This document shows positions 8,502 to 17,723 of a stretch of DNA of 64,000 nucleotides, one piece after another. Below the pieces are notes generated by a model that saw nothing but the letters and a program-made list of their open reading frames with translations, did no database searches and had not been told where the DNA came from. This DNA is from a virus. The position numbers and the translations under genes were made by a program. Positions within the stretch are counted from its first letter, which is position 1, and every line of letters starts with the position of its first letter. The stretch lies in IMG/VR virus record IMGVR_UViG_3300048058_000013; one strand, written 5' to 3'.

Positions 8502-11500
8502 TTAGCATTCGCAAGGTTCGCACTTACACTTCTTGCACTCGTCCTTCTTAGCCTTGGCCTTTTTACCCTTCTTCTTAGCCTTGGCCTTTTTACCCTTCTT
8601 CTTATCCTTCTTGGCTTCGCTTACAGTTGCGAGGCTCTTATCGAGGTTCTTATCAAAGGATTCCTCTTTGGGTTTTTCTGGACATTCGCAAGGATCGCAC
8701 TTACACTCTGGGCATCCTTCCTCGCCGCCTTCAGCTGGAGCGCCTTCTTCCTCTTCCTCTTCCTCTTCTTCGCCTTCTTCCTCGCCACCAGCTAGTTCTG
8801 GAGGTGGGCCACCGGCCTCTTCACCACCAACTACTTCTGGAGGTGGGCCGCCAGCTTCCTCTTCACCTTCGAGTTCGCCTTCGCCGCCGAGACCTGGAGG
8901 TGGGCCTTCAGGAGCACCTTCGCCACCCATGTCAGGCATATCGCCTACTGGAGCTGGCTCCATCCCGCCCATCTCGCCGCCTGGTGGAGGTGGAACCGGA
9001 GGCATACCCTCGCTACCTTCCTCGTGGCTCCTCATCGCATCCATGACCTTTACGATCACGTCATCCAGACGCTCGTCCGTGGAGAAAGCAACTGCTACAT
9101 CTTCCTTAACTGCTTTCTTCTCACTCTCTTTGCCCTCTTTTACTTCGCGGGGGGCTAGAGCAGACTTCTTGCGACCCCAAGCACGCATCCGAGGACCCTT
9201 TTGCTGATCCTCAGCCGCAGCTGGTTCGCCTTCGCCCTGTGGAGTTTCAGAGACATCAGCCTCTGGAGTCTGCTCAGCTTCGGCCTCTACTGGAGGGGCC
9301 TCTGCCGCTTCAGACTCTGGTTCCGTCACTGGAGTGGAATCATCTTCGATCGCCGCAGCGATCTGATCAATATCTTCCTTAACGTGAGTCTTCTTAGAGG
9401 CACCAAAGTGCTTATCCTGCTGATGTTCATCAGACATATCAGTCTCGCCGTCACCATAGCTCCGGCCGAGCTCGCCCTTAGGCTGCTTCATTGTGCCGCC
9501 CGAAAGGCCACTCTTGCTGACACCAGTCTTCTGATCGGACGAGCCACCCTCGCTACCTGAAGCCTTCTTTGTGTGACCAAAGTGCTTATCCTGCTGATGT
9601 TCGTCGCCCATGCCAGTTTCGCCTTCACCGTAGTTCCGGCCAAACTCGCCCTTGCCACCCTTCATCGAACCACCGCCATCAGCATGGCTTGCGCCAGTCT
9701 GCTTGGAGTAGTCTTCATCCAGTGTGGAAGCGAGTTTATCAATAAAGGACTCACTGACCGAATCAGTCTTGTCCTGAAGTTCATCAGCCATATCAGTCTC
9801 ACCATGACTGTAGCTCCGGCCATATTTGCCCTTGCCACTGCCCTGGGTGTAATCTTCAGCGCCCGAGGCACCACTGCCGTCACGGCCACTGACACTCTTT
9901 GCGGTCTTATCGGCAACACCCTTGGTCTTGCCCTGGAGTTCGTCCGACATCGTGGTGTCGTCACGGCCGTAAGTACGACCATACTTGCCCTTGCCAACGC
10001 TCATCGTTGGGTCATCGTTAGATTGGGCACCGTCACCCTTCCGACCATCAGCACTCTTTGTGCTAGACTTGGCAACACCACCACCACCCTGCAACTCGCT
10101 CGCACCGGAGTTGTCTCCGCCATGCTTGAGCATCTTGCCTGGTGCGGACATGCCACCGATCTCCTCAGCTACATAGTCGTCACGAATCTTTCCACCCGTG
10201 ATAACATCAACCTTACCCTCGTAGGGATCTTCTGGGAGATCCAAGGAAACGTCGTTACCCTGATCGATAACAACGTCGCGGATCCGCTCGAATTCTTCGC
10301 GGAGCTGCTTGCTGTTGACCTTCTGGGAACGATCAATTAGACGGTTAAGCTGATTGAAGCAATCCTCGAAACCATCTTCCTTGAGATAAATGTGGCCATC
10401 CGTGCGCCACTTTTCAAGCTCTTCCTGGAGCTCGATTGTAGACATCTTTTCGACTGGAGCCATCTCGCTCTCGGAGATAGCCGCGCCCCGCTGCTTGGAT
10501 GCCGCTAATGGGGCAGCCGCAGGAGCAGGAGCCGGAGCCGGAGCGCCAGCAGCGCCCGGACCAGCCGGGCCAGCAGGAGCAGCCGAACCGGCTGGACCAG
10601 CGCCCATACCAGCCTCGGCGGCAGGTTCCTTCTCTTCGTCACCTGCCTCAGGCAGTGGGACTGGAGGCTCTTCTTCACCCTCTGGCTTCTTCTCTTCATC
10701 CTCAGCACCAGGCATGCGATCGAAGCTGTCCAGAGCCTGGACACGATCAATGATCTGGTCGCCAATACCGGCCAAGAGTTCCTCAGCCTGGAAGATGACG
10801 TCCGTGGATGGTTCCTCGGATTCGAGCGATGATACGATATTGTCAATATCCTGAGTGAGCTGTTCCTGGCCCTGAATGTGACCCAAGACACTCTTGATGG
10901 TCTTCATCGCAACCAGGTAGGCTTTTGCACGGTTGCTATCAATATCGGTAGCCTCCGTGAAGACGCCCTCTAGGAATACTTCATAGTCAGAAGCGAAATT
11001 CTTGCTCTCACCAAGCGACTTGGCCTTAGTGAGTAGTTCTGGACTCTGGGCCTTCTCAGCCGTCTTCGTCCAGCACTCAATGATCGATGCCTCATTGACC
11101 TTCAAATTGGTCTTGTACATGAGAGTCGCAACATCTTCAATTAGGAATGGATTGAATTCCATCTGTGAGGACAGAGCAGACTCTACTAGCCCAGCCATAC
11201 CCTTCTTATCGAGTAGACAGAATTCCTGTTCTGTGCGAAGGAACTTAGCAGCCATCTCGACTGCCTCAGCGACCTTCTGCTCGCAGACTAGTCCAGCAAT
11301 ACCCTTGACTAGTCCCTGGAAGCTCGGAGAACTGTAAGCGCTCTCAGCGACTCCCCGCATACGACGAGCCACGATCCGACGACGTGTGAACTCATCAACA
11401 GGGATGGTGAAATCTTCACCGGTTTCCGTGAACGTGCCGCTTACAACCTGTCCTTCGGAGACTTCAACCGAGTCGGACACTGCGTTAACGAACGCTTCGA

Positions 11501-12002
11501 TGATCTGAGGAATCCTATCCTCTTCAATAATATCCTTCTCAACATTAACCTGACGAGCTTCCCCGTCACGAGTGGTTACCCAACCACTCTCTGGGATCAC
11601 GCGGCTACGGAACCGCTGCGCGGAAATCTTATCAAAAGCCTTCTCAGCGCCCCTGTAGTTGTTCTCGGAAATAGCATCAACAAGATCTTTACAGTTCTTG
11701 TCGAATAGGTCGGCCTTCTTTTCCTCGACTACCTTAATCCGCTTGATGTTATCAACGGTGTAGCGAGCGCCGTCCTTCTTAATATCACCCGAGTAGTAAG
11801 CCTTGCTATCGACGTCTTCGAAAATAAGGCTCGCTGGATGTAGCGCTGTCAGGCGGAAATTTTTCTTAGCTTCCTGGCCTAGACGAGTTACTACGCTCTC
11901 AAAGAAAAGGACCTTACTCTGCGCAGAGTTGTTGATAGCACGCAGAAAATTCCGGGCGTCCATCGTTGCCGACGCTGGAACATGCTTCTGTTCTGTGCCC
12001 AT
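8502..12002 (-). CDS. giant prohead core/internal protein (1166 aa) with internal repeats
   Basis: Between portal and protease (position of T4 gp67/gp68); four GKG(K/E)(Y/F/L)GRxY...MxDE repeats; Glu/Pro/Gly-rich linkers; Cys clusters and Lys-rich tail; GGAGGT SD. Confidence 0.7.
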   Translation of the reverse strand: MGTEQKHVPASATMDARNFLRAINNSAQSKVLFFESVVTRLGQEAKKNFRLTALHPASLIFEDVDSKAYYSGDIKKDGARYTVDNIKRIKVVEEKKADLFDKNCKDLVDAISENNYRGAEKAFDKISAQRFRSRVIPESGWVTTRDGEARQVNVEKDIIEEDRIPQIIEAFVNAVSDSVEVSEGQVVSGTFTETGEDFTIPVDEFTRRRIVARRMRGVAESAYSSPSFQGLVKGIAGLVCEQKVAEAVEMAAKFLRTEQEFCLLDKKGMAGLVESALSSQMEFNPFLIEDVATLMYKTNLKVNEASIIECWTKTAEKAQSPELLTKAKSLGESKNFASDYEVFLEGVFTEATDIDSNRAKAYLVAMKTIKSVLGHIQGQEQLTQDIDNIVSSLESEEPSTDVIFQAEELLAGIGDQIIDRVQALDSFDRMPGAEDEEKKPEGEEEPPVPLPEAGDEEKEPAAEAGMGAGPAGSAAPAGPAGPGAAGAPAPAPAPAAAPLAASKQRGAAISESEMAPVEKMSTIELQEELEKWRTDGHIYLKEDGFEDCFNQLNRLIDRSQKVNSKQLREEFERIRDVVIDQGNDVSLDLPEDPYEGKVDVITGGKIRDDYVAEEIGGMSAPGKMLKHGGDNSGASELQGGGGVAKSSTKSADGRKGDGAQSNDDPTMSVGKGKYGRTYGRDDTTMSDELQGKTKGVADKTAKSVSGRDGSGASGAEDYTQGSGKGKYGRSYSHGETDMADELQDKTDSVSESFIDKLASTLDEDYSKQTGASHADGGGSMKGGKGEFGRNYGEGETGMGDEHQQDKHFGHTKKASGSEGGSSDQKTGVSKSGLSGGTMKQPKGELGRSYGDGETDMSDEHQQDKHFGASKKTHVKEDIDQIAAAIEDDSTPVTEPESEAAEAPPVEAEAEQTPEADVSETPQGEGEPAAAEDQQKGPRMRAWGRKKSALAPREVKEGKESEKKAVKEDVAVAFSTDERLDDVIVKVMDAMRSHEEGSEGMPPVPPPPGGEMGGMEPAPVGDMPDMGGEGAPEGPPPGLGGEGELEGEEEAGGPPPEVVGGEEAGGPPPELAGGEEEGEEEEEEEEEGAPAEGGEEGCPECKCDPCECPEKPKEESFDKNLDKSLATVSEAKKDKKKGKKAKAKKKGKKAKAKKDECKKCKCEPCEC
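8548..8601. repeat. 27-bp tandem duplication encoding KKGKKAKAK x2
   Basis: TTAGCCTTGGCCTTTTTACCCTTCTTC occurs twice in tandem. Confidence 0.9.
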
Positions 12003-12086
12003 GGTTTCAAAAACCTCCGAAGATATAATAATTTGTCAGAGTTACAATCTATTTTTGTCGAAACTAATGCGCTCGTGGATGGTGAA

Positions 12087-13886
12087 TTATGTTGGAATGT
12101 CTTCCAATGTAATGTCATCATCTAATTCTGTTTGAGTCTTAGCACCTTCAGTCAAAATTTTCTCGGCCTCATTTTTAGCCTTATCCCAATCCTCTTCAGC
12201 GATGACTCGCCCAATCCGAGGTTCAGCTTTCTCAGTTGGACCTGGTAGATTATCCAGCTCATGATTATTGAGAAGATAATCAAATCCACTATTATAGCGC
12301 TTGCCGATTGGGGATTTACCAAGAATCTGACGGCGGTACTCCATAATCACATTCTTAGCTTTATTATAGTTATAACCTTCAATTGGTAATTCTTCTAATT
12401 CTTCCTCAGCTCCACCTGGGCCACCTAGCGGTGGTCCAAGCTCGCCTCCGCCGCCAGGACCACCCTCTCCGGGCATAGTTTCAGCCGTGGCAGCTTCAGC
12501 GGCCGCCCGCTCTTCCATTTTCTTCTCCTGCTCCTCTTGCATTTCTTCGATCTCATCATCAGTCATGTTGCTAAAGCGCTTGAGAATCCACTTGTCCGGG
12601 AATAATTCCGTGCCCTTCAAAGCATCAATAACCTCAGCGCGGGAAGCCCATGTCTCAATCCGATAAAGTTCATCGATTGCACTAGATGCAGTCATGAACA
12701 GCTCGAAGGTACGGATCTCATCGGCACCGAACCCACGCAGGGCTAGGTGGACTATAGCAACTTTCTTAAGACCAGTGACCACTTCTCGCTGGATCCACTG
12801 AATCGCCTTAGCGAATTCCGGGGCAACCTTAGAGAGGGGTTCAGAATCGCCTTCAGAGGGGTCTCCAATTCCTACCCTTGAAAATGGGATCTTGAGGGCC
12901 GATATCATCTTCTTCTTGAAGTATTCGATATCAGCAATCTGATCCAAATTCTCAGCGCCCGGTAGAGTATCAATCTCAGGACCGGAACCGTCTGGCCGCC
13001 TTGGCAACCAGAAATCGTCCTCCTGAATCAGTGGATTCCACCGTTCATTGACATCCCCGCTAGCCGGATCGAAGAACTTCCGCTTCTTGAACTGGCGAGC
13101 AATCAATTCGATATATTGCGGCACTTCCTTAGTTGGGATATTACCGACTGGAATCTTGAAGATACGCTTTTCAGGAGCCCGTGTTAAACGGTAGATTAGC
13201 GCAGCATCCTCCATCAACCTCAACTGTTTGAAGTGTTTTCTGGTCCCATCCAGGATAGAGCGGCCGTATGGGTGGTATATGTTCTCATAACTGGTCAAGC
13301 GTAAATGCATAACCTGCCATGGGTGAAAGAACGTGGGAGCTCCGGCCATCTCATCCTGGTAGAAGAATCCGACCAAATCACCAAACTTAGTCTCAACTCG
13401 TGTAAAGTTGTAGACGTTCATATGGCGAATCGATGCGATCCCATTCCGATTCTGTGTAGGAATGATCTCCGATGGGAAATCACCATATTTGCACAGATAT
13501 CGCACCATTGGTCTAAGAATATTATCAATATTCAGGGTATTATAGAAGAACTCCTCAAGTTCCTTCCTGACCCTGAGTGAACTTGATTTGACCATGAGGC
13601 TGTGATGCACCTCAGGGTCAATCAGGCTGGCTTCGTCAGCATACATATCCAACGCAGCCGTGATTTCACCTACCTGATCTTCTTGATCAAAGTCCTTATA
13701 CCGTTCTAAACGGTTGATTTGTAGATTAGTCTGTTCCAGCAACGAATGCTGGGTGGTGAAGTTCATGAATTCGCCAGCAGCGGAGATTCTGGCGAGGGAT
13801 GATTGATCTTGGAATAGATTTTCACCCCTGTAGATGTTAGTGGCTTTAAAGAAAGCCGAGATCCTATCGAATAATTGCCAACTCAT
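12087..13886 (-). CDS. gp20: portal vertex protein (T4 gp20-like)
   Basis: QLRLMEDAALIYRLTRAPEKRIFKIPVGNIP, EDDFWLPRR...EIDTLPG..NL.QIADIEYFKKK..ALKIP.SR. Confidence 0.96.
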   Translation of the reverse strand: MSWQLFDRISAFFKATNIYRGENLFQDQSSLARISAAGEFMNFTTQHSLLEQTNLQINRLERYKDFDQEDQVGEITAALDMYADEASLIDPEVHHSLMVKSSSLRVRKELEEFFYNTLNIDNILRPMVRYLCKYGDFPSEIIPTQNRNGIASIRHMNVYNFTRVETKFGDLVGFFYQDEMAGAPTFFHPWQVMHLRLTSYENIYHPYGRSILDGTRKHFKQLRLMEDAALIYRLTRAPEKRIFKIPVGNIPTKEVPQYIELIARQFKKRKFFDPASGDVNERWNPLIQEDDFWLPRRPDGSGPEIDTLPGAENLDQIADIEYFKKKMISALKIPFSRVGIGDPSEGDSEPLSKVAPEFAKAIQWIQREVVTGLKKVAIVHLALRGFGADEIRTFELFMTASSAIDELYRIETWASRAEVIDALKGTELFPDKWILKRFSNMTDDEIEEMQEEQEKKMEERAAAEAATAETMPGEGGPGGGGELGPPLGGPGGAEEELEELPIEGYNYNKAKNVIMEYRRQILGKSPIGKRYNSGFDYLLNNHELDNLPGPTEKAEPRIGRVIAEEDWDKAKNEAEKILTEGAKTQTELDDDITLEDIPT

Positions 13887-13927
13887 AGACTATAACCGCT
13901 CTTATATATCTTCTATCCGATAGTGTA

Positions 13928-15814
13928 TCACTTCCGACGATGCTTAATTATGTGCTTCTTAGGATTCACCGGAGCGACACGTCCTCGTACAACTGGCAAT
14001 CCACCGAGTTGGGCTGTAAAACCCTGCAACTCCTGAGCAATAGTTTGAGGTTTCGGTACACTGGTCATAATTGATACGGGCAATAATGCTCCCCGCATTG
14101 CTTCGGATGATAACTGGTCCATACGCTCCTGACGAGATATTCCAGGATCATGCATAGATGGGGATTCTGGAACATGGATCGGGATCAATGAAGTTACGCT
14201 GCGCGTAGCCGCCTGATTAGCTCCAATAAAACACAATCCCGTGGCGATTACTAAATCGTCAGTATTGCCCTTGCCTGGTTCGCAACCAGTCTTATGAGCC
14301 TTCAGATGGACGTAAATTGTGCATTCTTTATGCAAGCGGGGGGACTTGATTACCCAACCACCCTCACCCGTATTATCCACTAAAGTCTTATTAAGAATCG
14401 GCTTAGATGCAGCGCTGGTGTTGAATCCAATATCACTATACTTGATTGGCTTATTATATGGGTTCTTCTTCTGTTTCCGATATAGACTGTGATACATCAA
14501 GATTTCGTACAATTCTTGGCATACTGCTACTCCCATACCAGTTCGCTCAACCGTAGCGAAGGCATCATTATAATATCTGCCTACGTAATCAACCATGCGA
14601 GCGAAGACACGGGGTATGGTCCTAATTTGTAATTCTGCAACCTGTTCTTGAGTAGTAATGTCGAATACCTGGATAGTTGAAAAGTCATTCGAATCACCGC
14701 TCGCAATATCAACCCCCATACAATAACTGTGTGCCGGTTCTCCCAGATCCCCAGTTTTCTCATTGGGCTGTCGCCCATAATTTGGTTTGTCCCATACCCA
14801 CAAGCGATGTTGAAAATTCAATGTTGCGTGTTCTTCAGTATTGGGGTTGACATAATCAACCTCACCGATTGTCTTATAATCCTTACTGATTGTAGATTGA
14901 ATCTGTTGCAATGTCTGCCGACTCAAAACGGTATTACCAGTACCCAAGAAATCGGCTAAAATTTCCTGTCGGAACTTCGAAGAATCACCCTTCTGAGTCA
15001 GTTGTCGATATTGTTCCTCAAGCCATGGGCTCCAATATGGACCATACTTTTCAATTTCTTCCTGACCCACACACTTGCGTATACCGCGCGTTGGAGCGAT
15101 TAAATGATCCTTACCTGATAATTCATCCTTAAACTCAAGCTCCCAATCCATGTCCCACCAATTAATCATGATGGGTTTGAAATCATTATCATCAGCTTCA
15201 GCATCAGTCCACGTCTGCCAATACCAATTACCAATGCCCTTGGTTGTTGAAATGACGATCACTGAACCACCGTGCTGCAATGATGGCTGGCCTGCCGCCC
15301 ACATCTGATCCATATCAGGAACGAAAGCGGCTTCGTCCACAATATTCAAAGATGATGCGTGCGAACGGAGGGTATCTTTAGACGATGTCAAACTAATAAT
15401 GCGTGAGCCATTTGGAAATCCAACCTCGTGTTCATTGTCAATAACACGCGGCCAAATAGCTCTCATCCATTCAGGTAGATTATCATGAATAGTCTTGACG
15501 TTCTTACTCAAGAAATCCATAGCATCTAAGTCTCGCTTGGAAACGATCAAGATGCGTTTCTGGTTGAAGAACATCGCATACCAAAGAGCAAATCCGCCTG
15601 AAACGGTCGAAATCCCGCACTGACGAACCTTCTTAAAAATAGTATAGCGATTCCTAGTAAACTCTCGCAAGCACATTTTTTGGTACTGGAAGAGATTAAA
15701 AGGTATGATTCCTAGCTTAGGATGTTGGATCTTCCCAAACTGATCCAGGAAAAAAGATGGACTTTTCTGGCAGCGTAGGATAACCTGTTTTGTTACTTCA
15801 TCAATCTTTGGCAT
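13928..15814 (-). CDS. gp17: terminase large subunit (T4 gp17-like)
   Basis: KVRQCGIST (Walker A variant), NIVDEAAF (Walker B), ISTTKG, nuclease GVDIA..D..D and DDLV; no intein visible. Confidence 0.95.
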   Translation of the reverse strand: MPKIDEVTKQVILRCQKSPSFFLDQFGKIQHPKLGIIPFNLFQYQKMCLREFTRNRYTIFKKVRQCGISTVSGGFALWYAMFFNQKRILIVSKRDLDAMDFLSKNVKTIHDNLPEWMRAIWPRVIDNEHEVGFPNGSRIISLTSSKDTLRSHASSLNIVDEAAFVPDMDQMWAAGQPSLQHGGSVIVISTTKGIGNWYWQTWTDAEADDNDFKPIMINWWDMDWELEFKDELSGKDHLIAPTRGIRKCVGQEEIEKYGPYWSPWLEEQYRQLTQKGDSSKFRQEILADFLGTGNTVLSRQTLQQIQSTISKDYKTIGEVDYVNPNTEEHATLNFQHRLWVWDKPNYGRQPNEKTGDLGEPAHSYCMGVDIASGDSNDFSTIQVFDITTQEQVAELQIRTIPRVFARMVDYVGRYYNDAFATVERTGMGVAVCQELYEILMYHSLYRKQKKNPYNKPIKYSDIGFNTSAASKPILNKTLVDNTGEGGWVIKSPRLHKECTIYVHLKAHKTGCEPGKGNTDDLVIATGLCFIGANQAATRSVTSLIPIHVPESPSMHDPGISRQERMDQLSSEAMRGALLPVSIMTSVPKPQTIAQELQGFTAQLGGLPVVRGRVAPVNPKKHIIKHRRK

Positions 15815-16307
15815 CTTTTGTCTCGTCCGGATAAGGAGCAGCTTTCAAGAGAGCTGCTAACTCCTTAGCATTTACACCAATCTCTTGCTGCACGAATAAT
15901 TGTGTCCCCTTACCAGCCGACAACAGCTTCGCGAATGAATCCAGTAACTTAACGGCATTAGCGTTTGTATCAACTTTAGCTCTTAATGCAGAGACTAACA
16001 TTTCAACATAGACTCGCTGCGCATTCCCTGCTTTTACTGTATCGTCTAAGAATTTGATTGTCTCTTGAAGCTGCGTACGATCACTATTATGATCATTAAG
16101 AATCGACGCAGCCACCGACATGAATTTCTGGAATACCCTATTAACTGCATCCTCTTCGGAGGTCGGTATTACATCCACATCAGGCTTCTCTGGAACTACA
16201 ACCTGCTTCTTCTTCCCAAGTGGATCTTCGGCATCCTTGAGGACAGCTTTTAAGATCTCGTCTTCGGACACAGGTTCACTGGTTGTTGGCTTGTCGTCAC
16301 TAGACAT
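15801..16307 (-). CDS. probable terminase small subunit (gp16-like)
   Basis: Overlaps the terminase large gene; helical core (RVYVEMLVSAL..TNANAVKLLD); start reassigned to 16307 by TAATG coupling with the upstream gene. Confidence 0.55.
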   Translation of the reverse strand: MSSDDKPTTSEPVSEDEILKAVLKDAEDPLGKKKQVVVPEKPDVDVIPTSEEDAVNRVFQKFMSVAASILNDHNSDRTQLQETIKFLDDTVKAGNAQRVYVEMLVSALRAKVDTNANAVKLLDSFAKLLSAGKGTQLFVQQEIGVNAKELAALLKAAPYPDETKDAKD

Positions 16308-16870
16308 TACTGGCCTTTCTGTAGAAGCTGACGCACCGAATAAAGCCAATCCCAATTTAGTTGGACTGGGGAATTCTTGTAGTGGAGTTGCCCATCCTTC
16401 AAGGATAATTCCTCTCCCTCAAGAATATATGAATTGTTAGTTACTCCCTGCTCTGATTCCTCCCACCCACCAAAAGCCATGTTAGCTAGTGCATCAACTG
16501 CGTGTGTGAGAAGACTACGATCAGAAATAGCCTTCAAATCATCTTCAGTCAACGATTTACCCCAATTCTTGATTAAAAAATTGGCAGCTTCATCGATTTC
16601 AGGCTTCGGTTGGTGCCGAGAGGCCCGGCGTGTTCTCATTTGAATCTTTTTCATTGGATCTGGTCTCCTGTAACGATCACTCCCACTCATATGCTTCTTC
16701 GAGCGCGGAGTCCGATGCTTGCGTACAGCTCGTTGTATAGAACTGTCATGAGACAGTGGGGCTACACCCTCAACAAAGTCCTTGAGTTTCTCATCAAGGT
16801 TTTCTGGAGTACTTGCATCAAGAATTTTTTGCAATTCCTCCTTAGCCTTGATAAGATCATTCGTCATCAT
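16307..16870 (-). CDS. hypothetical protein
   Basis: 187-aa ORF coupled to both neighbours; basic central segment. Confidence 0.6.
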   Translation of the reverse strand: MMTNDLIKAKEELQKILDASTPENLDEKLKDFVEGVAPLSHDSSIQRAVRKHRTPRSKKHMSGSDRYRRPDPMKKIQMRTRRASRHQPKPEIDEAANFLIKNWGKSLTEDDLKAISDRSLLTHAVDALANMAFGGWEESEQGVTNNSYILEGEELSLKDGQLHYKNSPVQLNWDWLYSVRQLLQKGQ

Positions 16871-17723
16871 CGTCTCCGTCGAAATCCTTTTTCGAGCTGC
16901 GAGAGAGTTTCTGATGATCCTGATTCAGAGGCGAGTCAGTAAATTCAAACTGCCGAAGTCGTAACTGCTTTAAAAAGCTCGTTACCCTCTGTCGGGATAA
17001 TCCACTCTCCCTCACCAGCTTCCCGATGAGGCCGTCGTAGGGCTTCTCATCCTTCTCATATAAATTTTCCAGAGCACCCACTATAGCGAGACCCCCATTG
17101 TCATACTTGGCCATCTCCTTGGCCTCGTTGATGAATCTCTCAAATAGAGCAGCACCTGGTCGATGGCGGTTTATGAGATGCCCCTTATAAGTACCATAAT
17201 TCTTCTTGTCACGCATCTCACGCTTAATATGTGCCAAGATTACTGTCTTAGCAATTTGGCTCCACATATTGAAAACCTTAGTGTGTCCAGGCTCATAATT
17301 GAATTTATATAATGTCTTCTCAATCTGTGTCCATCCGACTTGGAATAAATCACCAAAACTAGCTGCATCATGACCTGGATAGATGTTGTGGAAATTATGC
17401 GTTCTGATTATTTGACGCAGTAATTCCATAGCATGACTCATAATCTCATTGCGTAACTCTACAGCTGTACAACCGCCTTTAACATATTCAGTGAGTAATT
17501 TTTCTACTTTGTGATTATCAAAATAGTAACCCTTAACCCTAGCCTCATCCTCTGGTCGAATTACGACTACAGGCTTCGGTGCAGGTTTAGTTTCTGTCTT
17601 CACAGGCATAGGATCCCCCGGTTTAGATGATTTAGGATTAAGAGGCTTAGATTTGGATTTAGGGATAGTCTTCTTACGCTTTTTTTGGCTTGCGGAAGCG
17701 CGAGCGGACGAATTGTTCCCCAT
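16857..17723 (-). CDS. RNA polymerase sigma factor-like protein (gp55-type late sigma candidate)
   Basis: YYFDN..VEKLL.EY...RNEIM, FGDLFQVGWTQIEKTLYKF, KVFNMWSQIAKTVILAHIKRE resembles sigma region 2; C-terminal HTH-like segment. Confidence 0.7.
   Translation of the reverse strand: MGNNSSARASASQKKRKKTIPKSKSKPLNPKSSKPGDPMPVKTETKPAPKPVVVIRPEDEARVKGYYFDNHKVEKLLTEYVKGGCTAVELRNEIMSHAMELLRQIIRTHNFHNIYPGHDAASFGDLFQVGWTQIEKTLYKFNYEPGHTKVFNMWSQIAKTVILAHIKREMRDKKNYGTYKGHLINRHRPGAALFERFINEAKEMAKYDNGGLAIVGALENLYEKDEKPYDGLIGKLVRESGLSRQRVTSFLKQLRLRQFEFTDSPLNQDHQKLSRSSKKDFDGDDDDE

Noticed and set aside
9400-9996. Four repeated segments considered as a CRISPR/DGR-type template-variable pair
   Set aside because: They are diverged protein-level repeats inside one ORF; no adenine-specific variation pattern noticed and no reverse transcriptase or cas genes in the window.
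8533-10854. Several long plus-strand ORFs (8533..9207, 9573..10340, 10390..10854)
   Set aside because: Antisense to the GC-rich low-complexity core gene, where stops are rare by composition.
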